From assembly GCA_904063045.1 (NCBI GenBank), contig CAJFCJ010000019.1:2982684-3046683 (forward strand): DNA of 64,000 nt, given 5' to 3'. The stretch comes from Dimorphilus gyrociliatus. Its lineage: Eukaryota; Animalia; Annelida. A program made the position numbers and the translations under genes. Positions 1-12,678 of this stretch are shown piece after piece. The notes beneath the pieces are model-generated. The model searched no databases. It saw nothing but the letters and a program-made list of their open reading frames with translations, and was not told the origin of the DNA. Each line of letters starts with the position of its first letter. Position 1 is the stretch's first letter.

Positions 1-3000
1 TAAGAAAATTCTTACAAGCCCTTGGAGCCTTTATTTTTGTCGCTTCCTTAATAAGCGAATCGATTGTCTATAACTGAGAAAATTTGACGCCCCCTCAACC
101 TTTCGTCTTACCGACTCTTTGGCATGAAAATTTTTTACATATAGAATTAGATAAATATCGATCAGTTGGATATTTACCAACTTTCATGATGCCATCTGTT
201 TTATCTGATCATTTAAGTATGTGTTTTCCATTTATATCCATTAATATTTTTAAAAGTGTTGACTGTTGTCATATAACCTCACAAGTTGATACATTAATTA
301 TGTAAATAAGTTTACCGTCTTCCCCTTTTGCAAACGAATCGATAAGAGACACGAAAGAAAAGATAATTATATATGTTAATTTAGCACAAGGAAATTTATG
401 CATATCCAAGGATTTAAAAATAACAAATGAAATTATTTTGCATTTTTATGTGTTTGCTTAAATGATTAAATATGTCATTTCATTGCATTCGACAGATGAA
501 AAGCTAAAATTTGCTGTATTATGTGATCAGTAACGCATACAACTCAAATATATTTGTTGCCTAAAATGCACTCGGCCTCTTTTCTCATTATTTATGCTCA
601 ACTTTTTGAGATTCATCTATACTCTATTAAAAATCCTGTATATTTAAATAGGTTAATTAAGTATTCTAAGCCAATCTTGTCTATGTTACAGACCACGGCT
701 AATCAAGGGAACTTTGTTTAAATATTTCATTGTCTATAAAAGAAGCATCATTTATAAATGAATAACCTTTGGCAGAAGTTTACTTGTTTGTTTTTTTCTC
801 TTTGTAAAAGAATTGTTAAGGATTACCATTAAATATTGAAGAAATATACATAAGGATTATCGAAAATGTTAATTATAATGAAATTTTATTCAGTGTCATG
901 AAAGAATAATCATAAATTAAGGAATCAACCGAAATAATGAATAATCCAGAATGTTACTTTTCATTTAAGTTACTTAATTAATCACAACTTAATTGTTGGG
1001 GTATCCAACATAAATATGACTGAATAATAAAAGACAATACAACAATATATTCAAATTCAAAATCAAAATCAAACTTTGATCTGATTCCTTCTCTAGGGAA
1101 ACAGTATATTTAAAACTCGTATACTACATTTGATAAACATGGATCATTTGTTATTCTTTGTTCTTAAAGTCGATATGCAGCTTTCGAAAAAGACCTTGAC
1201 CAGTAATAACTTTAACAGCAATTTTTAATATTTTCTATGAACTCTCATTTATTGTCTTTAGTAATAACTACTATAATGATAGTTAACTATTATATATTAA
1301 TCATAGAGATACATATACTAGATATATATATATCTTATATCGTAGTAAACCCATTACTTTGAAGCTGAATAACACGTAAACAGCTGGATATAAATTATAT
1401 TTTCTTCTAAACCGTATTGCTGGTATATACAGTATACTCTCTACTGCAAAATAAGGGTACATATTTAATAATTCATATTTAAAGATAAAACTCACACTTC
1501 AAAAATATGATCTAATAAAAAGAGAATAGTTAAACAACCTAATTAAAGCAGGCGAAAAACATTGGACACGCCTTGCTTTCCATCAAATTAAGTTGGCATG
1601 ATAACAGTTTATGAGCTTGTATAAAATCGCTTTTAAAAATTTGTATTATGAAACGTAAGATTAATTAGAATAGACAATAAACACAGAGAGAAATTTTCAT
1701 GCGTGCTATAGTTCTTTTGTAATTGACATTTTCCTAACAACGATTATACTGAAGGAAAAAATGCCAGCAGCTGCAAATGACATTACGACATTATCCTATA
1801 ATCGCGTGCATGTCACTCTCTTAATAAAATTTTCAAAATATTCTTTATAATGGAACTTGTAAGATATATTCTATTCTACGAATAAAATAATTGCGTAACT
1901 TACCTTCTGCTAGGCAAAAAGTTGAAATACAAATAGCGAAAGCTAAGAGTGATATTCTCGTGAAAGCGTTCATTATATGGTAGTAAATTAATCTTAATAA
2001 CTCGGATGCCAATTTTCCTTAGCGATTACAGTGCAGGCGAGAAGCGGTCGACATCGACGACAAATGCTTTCTGGCGGGAACTAACTGTCTACGCCTATAG
2101 TCTGGTTTCTGAATCCACACAGAGCTTCTATTCGCTTAAAAGGCAATCTGACTAGGTACCTATCCACGAAGTGATAAGAGCGTCGAATCAATAGGAATTC
2201 CTAAAAGATAAAAAAGGATACCCTTCACGATGCATAATGTTACGTCTATCTTTGGTATTTCATAAAAAAACTCGTCAAAGTGAATTGCTAATATTAATTG
2301 TATTCTGATTCCTTTCGAAAAGAATAAGAGTCGAGGGATTTTCGATATACAATATTACTACTGCGTAATGTAAACAAAGCCAATAATAGGATAATTAAAG
2401 TTTTTCTTGAAAAAATGAATTAATGTTATACAGTTACTATGGGAATAGTATGGAAAAGATTACGATATCACTGCTTGGGAAATAATTAAACCGTCGAAAT
2501 CTGATTGCAATGACTTGAAAACTTTGCACGCGTCCTCTGGGAGTTTTTTCTATATATTTATTTGACTTTGTTTTTATACTAAAAGGCAGGAATTTGAAAA
2601 ATATTATATATTTAATAGTGTAAAATTGGTAAAATACCATAGAGATATACGAAATATCATCTAGATTAAAACGGATTACAAATGGTGTCGGGTTAAATGT
2701 TTTAAACAATTTATGTAAAATGTACACATATAACTTTTGAATAACACTAATATTTATATTGAAAAGGCAAATATCCAGATTCTTTATGATAAAATCACGC
2801 TTATACATGGAGAATGCATCTCGGAGCTGCAAGTCATTTCACTGTATAAAGATACAATAGAGTAACATTGTACATTACATACATAGGGAGTTTCCATAAA
2901 GAAAATTAAAATCTACACTGCTGCGACTAAAGAAAGATCTTTTTATGATATTTCTGTACAGTAATTGATGAAACTCGACAAATATATAAAGCTTAATTAA

Positions 3001-6000
3001 GGAGTAGAATACATAATCAAAATCTTATAACATATACACAAAACGAATAGAGGACGAAAAGGACAACGATTAATTATTATATTTATAAATTTGAATAAGT
3101 AGATGCTTTCATCACATAGAATATACTTTTGCGATATATTATACTTTTAAAAATGTATGCTAATCAATTGCGACAGTATTGTCCTTTTTCTAAATGAAAA
3201 CGTTGAAAAATCATACTGGAAAATTTACGGCAAAATAATTCAATACTAAATTCATCAATATGAATAAATGAAAGGTAATAAAATGCAATTGCAATGTCAG
3301 CTGTTTACTTAGGAAAAAATAGAGGCTTATCCTTACAAAATCAGATTAATAAACAGTAAAAAAATGTGTTGAAAATCCCCCATCCTTCAGCTTAAAGCTA
3401 AAAGTAACCATCCTCTTCAGTAAACGTTAAATCCGCGATGAGTCATTACGGAAAGAACATGGAAAATCACTAGTACTTCGTTGGGATAGTCTTTGGCTAT
3501 GAAATGACTCTAAGCATTGGCCAATGTTGAGATAGAAAGAAATATTATTACTCCGCATCTGCAAAGTATAGAAGATGGCTTATTCTACACTCTGAAGCTC
3601 TAGTAATTGAAAGAAATAACAGAAAAAACGGATTGAAATATATATGCCTTAAAATTTTACAGTAAATGGTTTCAGAAAATCTTCTTTCGTCGAATACTCG
3701 TATGTTAAACTATTTATTATTGAAAAAACAGGCCAATTAACATATTGTTACTAGGAATAAGTGTCTAATGAACAGGATATGACTTTGTTTTATACGTAGA
3801 ACAAGATTCTTATAATACATTTACTGTATAAAATTTATATATATATATATATAAATACATTTTTTTAATTATTTAATGACTATGGGATATCACTGTTGTC
3901 CTGTAAAATATATATTTTACTCTCTTCTATGTGTCAATTTTCAGATATACTTGAATCTGTGGTAACATATCTCGTAAATCGTTATTGTTTAATTACGTCG
4001 ACCTTCAGTCACTGAATTGAAAGGAGAATACATAATGAACTTAAAATTTGCATACAAGCTTCTCTACGGGTGGAATGTTAGAACTTTGAATAGACACTTT
4101 AGTCCCTGGAAGGTATGATGTATAAAAAAAAATCCCCTTATTTCAATATTCTATATAATTGAAAAAATATTAAATTTAACATTCTTCCACTTTCTATCTA
4201 TTACTTTATTTTTGGAATTTAAAATGTCATACTAGAATATCCTGTATCTAAACAAAGAATCTATAAGTTGATAGATTAGAAAGAAATGACGGCTCACCAG
4301 CAATTTATATCCGAGAATTGGAAGAGCATCTCGTACTGAAGAGGTCGAAAAAATGCGTGTAGGGGATTAAGACGGATTCGAGTATGGCTAGAGGTTAAGA
4401 GAAGTCAACGTCGAAACGTAAATAAAATGCGTATAAAGTATTGATTAATTATCGACTATTTTCACACATTTTTCCCAGGAGTATCGTGGCCGAATATCCA
4501 CTGAAGAATTCCGTGCGTTAACGCGATTTATTTAGTTAGAAAATATATAATAGATATTCTACTTTCTCTTTTCTTCTTTTTCCTATATAACTGACTCAGT
4601 CGCTTATCGCTCAAAGGCAAGACGCACGCAATATGACTTTACAATCTAAGCGGATTAAGGATTTACAGCCAATTATCGCCTCCAACTTGATGTATTACAT
4701 ATAATATATAATAATAATTTATTTATTGGACTAATTTTCAAGATTGCTTAAGACTATTCGACAGATTTGGAATACAGTATGTTAGGACTACCAAATTAAA
4801 GCGATTGAGAAATTTCGTCGAGTTTTATTGTCTTCGTAAACCAATGACTTCGTTTCGTATAACATTTCAGTCCAATGTCTTTAAGTAAATATATAAGACG
4901 TCTGAATTGTCGTCCACCCCTCTTCCATCTCTTTCATTTTTAGAGGATAAATTTTTAGACGCATGCAGGAATCCTTATGTAGCAACGACATCTGCAGAGT
5001 TCTCATATTCGCCATTGTCACAATGTGCTAAAATGCCCTTATAAAAGATTCTCCACTTGTATTCGCTCAATTTGCTTCTTCACCTAATTTTTATATATGT
5101 AAAAAAAAACGCTTTTGCTACTTCTCGTGAAAGAACTAACGTATTTTCTTTTCTTAAGGCCTTTATTTTCTTGGTAACCTATTTTTTCTGTTTTGAAGAG
5201 TTTAATCTTTTTCTTATTGTTTTTATAAAAGGTTTGCATCTATGCAATTAAAAGATATTTTTGATCTAAAAGCATTTCGGGCAACAGTCTTTTCTCCTTC
5301 TTTATTTATTCTACTCTAATAAAAAAGGTATATCATCATTTCCCATTTAGAAAGGGCTAATAAATATAACAGACATAATTTTATGATCGTTCTTACAATT
5401 TACTGATTTGAAAAGCCTTCTGTTTCTAGTTACATTCCTAATAGCACATCCATCATTTAAATCCTTTGATTATCAATCTTCTACTCTCTACAGTTTTATG
5501 TATCAACTCTACCTGGGAAAAAAGAAACAAACCTTGTGTTTTTTGTTGTTCGAAAGTATAGAAATAATTCGACAAAACCCTTTGAAAATATAAAAGTATC
5601 TTTTCAGCAGGCATTCTCTAATTGACAGACTACTCACAGACTATCATACTATTAGCTAGGTGAATTACAGCTATATTTTATGCTATATATACCTGCTCTT
5701 TTATAATTACATCAATATTAGTGATGAGACTTTAATTATCTTAGAGATTCGTTACTTGAAATAATTGCACCAACCCCTTTCACTTGTTGAATAAATTTTT
5801 TTAATAGAACAGAATTCATAACGAACAATCCGGAAGTAATAAATTCAAGTTTTTAAATGATCCCTTTTTTGTTATTAATACAGTGCTTTACCGCTTTTTT
5901 TCTATTAGTAATTGTTACTTATTCTATTACTTTATCGTCTATAAGTAGGTTATCTATATTTTCAAAGTTAAATATACTTATATTTTAGAATTTATCCAAT

Positions 6001-7833
6001 GGAATTTTTAAAGGAAGACGTTATGACTTGAGTTTTCTATTCAACCAATAGGTGGGGTTATACATGATTTTTATGGGATAGTCAAAATATGCAAAATACT
6101 TTCTATAATTAAGCCTTTAATTAACTGAAGGAATTACTTGAAAGATAATGGGCTATAGTTAAAAGATGAGATTAAAATGGAGAAATGTTGGAAACATTCC
6201 GTAGCGTCGAACTTTTAATTTAATTAAATTAATAATTACAAATTTGGATGCCATAAAATTTAATAGAGGTAGGCTTAAATTTACCGAGAGAAAACTGTCC
6301 AATTTCCTGAGACGTTGAATTATAAAATGGGAAGATTAGCATTTGTCGACTATCAAATTTTCAACAAGCTATGAAGTAATCAAGTACTGCACTAGTTTCA
6401 GCTATTCAGATAATTTAGCAATGAAAACAGTTTTAACTTCGAAAACGCCCCAAATAAATTAGCGTGAATGAAACAAGACAAAAAGCATACAGATTTTTTA
6501 CGATATATCACGTATCTTATGCGGAGAAATTAGCTATCAGAGTTGCGTGATAAGTTACAGTCGTTCAGGAGCGCCCATCGTAATCTGGTGGAAATTCAGC
6601 AGGAAATGACCCTAACCTTTTACCTTTCCATGATTATGTAATTTGTAAGAGGCTGATAATTAGGTCATTTGGCCGCCCGTAATCTATAAGATGCTGCTTA
6701 CTTTGAAAGATAGACTAAGACATTTGTTAATTAGACGACTTTTCTTCTGATGTGTTATGTAAGTTCCCCATCGAAGCTTTCAACACTAAAAGAAGAATGC
6801 ATCTAACACTTTGCATGTGAAATAGACTGCCTAAAAAAATGTTTTCTTTAGGATTTGTTTGAAGATTTCCTAGGATTGCGTGACAACTGTAGCATATATA
6901 CAAGTGTAATTCATAATTTTACGATTGTATCCTTCTTTTTTCTTGTACCTGTATAGCAGCTTGAAGTACAAGCTGGTAAGGTTATTATTTTTTACTAGCT
7001 CCTCATCTCGTAATCTTTTTAAGCGTAAGTAAACTCAGCATTTTGCACTCTAGAATAATTTTTCAATCGTGATTAACGTTATTCTTCCCCAAAGTTTAAG
7101 ATAAGAAATCGAAATGTTTCAATTGTAAAATGTCTTATATCGTCAATTTTTTTCGTTATAACATTTCATTAAGCGTAACGATATCGTAATAAACAATATA
7201 AAATTTGCGTGATTTTACGTAATTATTTCAGTTTTATCCCTTAAAAGACTATAGGCACTTTTCAACGGTGAAGATTTTTAATATTTCATCACTGATCATT
7301 TGAATATTTTACATTATTGAGTTTTTATGACTGCTCATCTCCTCTTTTATAATATTGCTGTACCTGTTTTATTTACGTAATGTACCAATTATCGTGTTAC
7401 AATTAAATTCCCTTGTCTCAACTGAACATGTTATATAACAGCTTTCCATATTTTTAATTAATAAACTGTTTATAGCTTTTTAGCTTTATAATTTAAACTG
7501 TTGAGAAATTCTTTACGGGCAACGCGACAAACTTCATCCAACAGTTGGCGCTTTCGTCGCGAAGTATTCTTTCGTCAATCAGATGATCGCTGTAGTTCAA
7601 ACGGAGCGGATCGTTAACTAAGTGTTAATTAGAAAGCTTTATTGATCAAATCCGGAGTGGAAACTCTAATTTTTTATTTACCTAGGTGAGATTAAAAAGA
7701 AGCATCTTCCTTTTTTAGAAACTAACACAAAAGGAAAAATTCGCATGGGACGTCATACTGAATAGAATGAGAAGAAAAAGATAGAAAATTAGCTTCATCG
7801 CAATCTGAAAGAGGATTGACAGTTACGTCACGG

Positions 7834-10630
7834 ATGAAATCGATCTTCCTCTTCTTCTTTCCCTTTCTTCCCTTTTCCCTTGCTGGGCCTATTCAGCTTC
7901 TCTTCAGCATCAAAGAGGAACTACCCCGAAACTCGGTCGTGGGGAATATTTTGAAAAATTCCACAAGAAATTTCGCGCTTCGCATAATTCCAAAACCAAA
8001 AAGTAATGCAGGACTATTATTCCGGATACATGAGAACGGTGACCTAAGAACAAGATCAAGAATAGACCGAGATGAAATATGCCCTCGACAGGAAAAGTGT
8101 GATATAGAAATGGATATATTCGACAGAACAGTCTTCTATAAAGTCATTGTTGAAATAAAGGATAAGAATGATAATAAGCCAAAATTTACTGAAAACTCAA
8201 CTACATTTTTTGTGTCAGAGGCAACTGGACCCGGATTTTCAATATCATTACCCGCCGCTCAAGATAATGATAGCCCGAAATACGGTATAAAGAAGTATGA
8301 GATTCCTGATCTCCGTAAGAAATACTTTGAATTTACATGGAGAAGGCTAGAGGATGGAACGGATGACCTAAAATTGTTATTAAAGAGAAAATTAGATAGA
8401 GAGAGAAAAGAGAAGTATAATATGGTTCTAAAGGCAATTGATGGTTCAGGTAAAAGTGACAGCTTGAAAATTCTTATAATAGTGACCGATGCTAACGATA
8501 ACATAGCTGTTTTTGAGGACCAGCATTACGAAGGGGAAGTCTTAGAAAACAGCCCTAAAGGTACAAGCGTCCTTCAGGTTATTGCCAGGGACGAAGATTT
8601 GGGACCGAACGCAGAAATTGATTATTTCATTGTTTCTTCCGACTATCTGCCTTTTGAAATAGATGAGTCGGGAGTGATAAAAGTAAAGGGATCCATTGAT
8701 TACGAGGAAAATCATTCTTATGAATTCTCAGTACGAGCTCGAGATAGGGGACCAGATCCGCTATCGAGTATCGCTTCCGTTAAAATTAAAGTTCTAGACG
8801 AAAACGATTGCACACCGAAGATTCATGTTAAAGTAAGTGTAAAATTCCTCTTCGGAGTTGATTGGTTGACACATTAATAATTAATTATTTAGGGAAGAAG
8901 GTATGAATAAGATAAATATAGTATAGAGGGCGAATTAAAGAATTAGGCGAAGAGAATAATTACGTATATAGTATAAATGTATTTTGAGATGAAAGCTGCC
9001 AAGAAATTTGTAACTAAAATAACTTGAATTAACTTATTATTCAAGTTTCTATCTTGTTAATAAATCATTTTCTAGCAAATATTACATCGATTATTAGTTA
9101 ATCTGATAAATTATTAAAACACTATTTTCTCTTTCTTTATAGACCTTACAAGTTGACAATTCCTTTGCAACAATGGAAGAAAATCGGCCCGAGAAGAATT
9201 TTATTGCTTTCGTTACAGTTGAAGATCCCGACTCTGGCAAAGGAGGAGAAGTAGAATGCGACTTAAAAGATAATAAAAGTCATTTCTTATTGAAGAAAAT
9301 AATTCCGAAAGAGTACAAGCTTGTTAATAAATCACCTTTAAACAGAGAAGATCCAAGATTTGATGATAAAGGAGAAATAGGTATCGTTATTCTATGCAAG
9401 GATTTAGGTAAGAATCCAAATATTGGAAGTAGTTTTGTCCTGCTGAAAGTGCTCGATCAAAACGAATCCCCACCAGTCTTCAAAGACAGTGAAGTATTTA
9501 AAGCTATTCAAGAGAATCAAGGTAAAGGAAAACTGCTGGTAGAAATAGAAGCAAACGATCCAGATGGAAATGATCGTAATTTAAGTTTTCGTTTCAAAAA
9601 TAAGCGATTCGAGAAATACTTAGAGTTGAAAGAAGACGGAAATCGTGCTAAAATTTACACTAAAGTTAGCTTGGACCATGAGGAGACTCCGGAATTGCAT
9701 GTGAAAGTAGAAGCTTGTGATCAAGGTGGAAAATGCGACGTATGCACTATACATATTCAGATACAAGATTTAAATGATAATTATCCAGAATTTCGAGAAA
9801 ATTTTTACAATTTCTCAGTTTTAGAAAACCAAAAATCTTCACTTTTTGTCGGAAAAGTCAACGCTTTCGACCGAGATTCTAAAAGCCTAAATGAATTCTG
9901 CCTTAAGTTGAAAGGAGAAAAGGATTATCATTTTAAAATTGATAAAAATGGAACCATTCGAACAGCAAGAAAGCTTGATCGGGAAAAAATTTCAGTATAT
10001 CATTTATCTGTTTATGCTCTTCCTGACACATGCAATTTTTTGCCTACGGCTCCGGGAGTCCGCAAGGCAATTGTGGAGATCTGGATCTTAGACGAGAACG
10101 ATCATTCTCCAGAGTTTAAATGGCCTGCCTCATCCTCTTATACAATATCAGTTAATCCCGATTCGAGGGTTAATAAGGTGGTAGCTAGCCTAGTTGCTTC
10201 CGACAAGGATACTGGATTAAATTCAAAAATTCAGTATGAGCTTTTGTCCGATAAACCAGCAGGATTTTTCCAGTTAAATCCATTCACAGGCGTTGTAAAA
10301 CTAGCCAAAAGCTTAGAAACGTTCGAGAACGGAGCAGTTATCAAGTTTATTGTCAAAGCTTCAGACATGGGAGAAAAGTCTTTATCTTCAGAAGAGAGAA
10401 CTTTAAACTTTATGGTAAATAGGACGTCGTCCGGAGAATTTTTCGGTGAAATATGGAATACATATGTCCTCTGGGTTATTATTGGACTAGGAATCCTTGG
10501 CGCTATTCTTCTTGTTGCTTGTTTTGCGTTAATCAGGAGAGGAAGGAAAAGAAGTGATGAAGTAGACGAAGGATCTCCAGTTAAAGAGAGAATGTTAGCC
10601 GTTAAAGATGTTCATTACGTTCCTAAAGAC
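7834..10630 (+). CDS. Delta-type (non-clustered) protocadherin: signal peptide, 7 cadherin repeats, TM helix, start of cytoplasmic tail. Coding exons 7834-8832 and 9143-10630; 3' end lies further downstream
   Basis: ATG at 7834 then hydrophobic MKSIFLFFFPFLPFSLAG. Repeated DxNDN/LDRE/DxD cadherin motifs. EC1 has the protocadherin IDRDEIC-x5-C signature. GTAAGT donor at 8833 and TTTATAG acceptor at 9142 join in phase 0. TM segment WVIIGLGILGAILLVACFALI; GTAAGT donor at 10631. Confidence 0.95.
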
Positions 10631-12432
10631 GTAAGTATATAAAAGAATATCTTACTTTATTTAAATAAGAGTTTAAAAAGATGTTTGCCTATTTGTTCTT
10701 GTATTGGTATTCTTTAGTCTAACAATGAATTATATAAAGACTGTCGACAGCTAAGATGGCACTTAATTTAAAATTACTGGCCTCAAATAAGGCAATACAT
10801 TTGATCGATTTAAAGAATTAGAAATAACAGGGCTTCTGTCTGTTTAACTCTTAAACATTCTTCTATCATCGTTACCGATGTAACAAAGTTGCTTCAAGGG
10901 TCGATACGACAAAAAACATATCAAGTATGTCAATTCTCCTTAATATTTGCTAAAAAAGTGGGCGATAAATACAAATATTTTCATTGTCAGACGAAATACT
11001 GCCACTATCCTCCTCTTGTGCGCGTTTTAACGATAAACAAGCTAAACAATGATAATAAATAACAATGACGATAATTAGACAATATAGTTGTCAGGTGGGA
11101 CCCAAGTTTTTCGTGACAAATTCGTTGATAGTTGTCTATAGGAAATCTATCGACTGAACGATTGATAGTGGGCAAGAATCAATGGAATCGAGTGAGAGTA
11201 GGAGGAGCTGTTTGTATCTCGGCAACTGATCTTACTTAGATAGCGCTCGTCTAGTTTTTTACGCACCTAAAAATAACTTTTCTTTTATCTCCTTTATTAA
11301 AGAATTATTTTTATAAATTTTCTAGAACAAAGCTTTATTGCCCGTTTTTTGGATGCTTAGATGTAGAAAAAAGTTATATAACATACAGTTCCGCCTTAAA
11401 CCCCTTTTACTTTCATTAAAACTTCAGTATAGTATAAATATTTGACATGCAAATGATATGCAAATGAAGTTACATAAAAATGTGAATAGTCACGGCTTGC
11501 AGATGGTTTTTATATCCTATTAAACTAGCATCGTCTCCCCTTCCATCATTAATTATTCATATTCGTATAAGGAAGCGAATTAGGTGTAATTCTTAGAAGG
11601 CGTCTATTCATTCCCTAATTACGGAAGCCAAAGAGAGAAACGCTTAGATTATGAAAAATGTGACGATTGTTATTGATTTGTATAGTTGAGTACAAGACTA
11701 TACAATTATAGATCGACAAAAAGACAGAAAACAGATATTATAGGAAATTGTTAACTAGAAAAAAAAATGCTCTGAGACGGCTATCTGCAATGGATATTTA
11801 TGCTTAATAGGCGGCTTTTTACAGTCATTACATAATTTATCGAGCCGTTAAATTGTATGGGCGATTATTGACTTGAGTTATGTTTGAAGTAAGGCTACAA
11901 AGACTGCAATTTTAAGACTCCTACGTCGTTATAAATCTGTGCCAGTACCATAATATTTCTGCTTGTTTTAAAAGGTACTAGAAGCAAACTAACCCAGTCA
12001 TGGTTTTTTCCGTCATTGCACAAAATTTATTTACGGCTTAACATTGCATTTTACGGTGACAAAACCACAATTTCAAGTTAATAAGCATCCTATATATTTT
12101 AGGCCGACAAATGATACTCTCTTTATTAGCTTCATTGCTAAAAAAAATAATTGTTTAAGTTAAGCGAAAAGAAACTGAAAGCATCCTCTCAAAGCATGTA
12201 AGAGGAAACTATAAAAACCCCGTTATTTATGATAGACAAGTGAATGGAAGCAGATAATTTAAGTTAATAGATCCCTTAATCAAAGTAAGAAATGCGGTAA
12301 CAGCTAAATTAAAAGATCAGAGCATCTCTAAAGTATTCAATGACTCCTTCTCTGACAGACACTCTTTCCATTGTTGAGGAGGCAAAATAAAACAAAATAG
12401 AGTGTGATAGGACACAACAAAAACGAATTTAG

Positions 12433-12678
12433 GCCGACTTTTTTTCACAATCCGCTCTCGATTCGCTCCGTACAACATTCAATCAAGTTTGCATCTGCTT
12501 TACAAACATCAATTTATTGCCTCCACTGCAAAATGTCACTCAATTTGCCAGACGCCTCTTTGCCAAGATAAAAAGAAGAGGTGAAACAGTGTCGCCCCAA
12601 AATGGTTCTTCTGCTTGTTCCGTTACAAACGAGTGTTTGTCAAAGATTCATCTTCATTCGGATAATGTCCGTAAATGA
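12433..12678 (+). CDS. Candidate terminal coding exon of the protocadherin (81 aa, ADFFSQSALDSL...HSDNVRK*)
   Basis: AG at 12431-12432 followed by 81 open codons in phase 0, matching the donor at 10631. The pyrimidine tract is weak and no known motif is recognised. Confidence 0.35.
   Translation, partial: ADFFSQSALDSLRTTFNQVCICFTNINLLPPLQNVTQFARRLFAKIKRRGETVSPQNGSSACSVTNECLSKIHLHSDNVRK

Noticed and set aside
84-5593. Short ORFs at 84, 1301, 2437, 5057 and 5408
   Set aside because: Low-complexity F/I/Y/K-rich translations typical of AT-rich non-coding DNA; no domain motifs or consistent splice structure.
10829-10840. AGGGCTTCTGTC, matching the 5' end of U11 snRNA
   Set aside because: Only 12 nt match; no downstream U11 stem-loops or Sm site.
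11142-11230. DSGQES peptide resembling a protocadherin cytoplasmic DSG motif
   Set aside because: That frame has a TGA just upstream and is out of phase with the nearby acceptor and the phase-0 donor.
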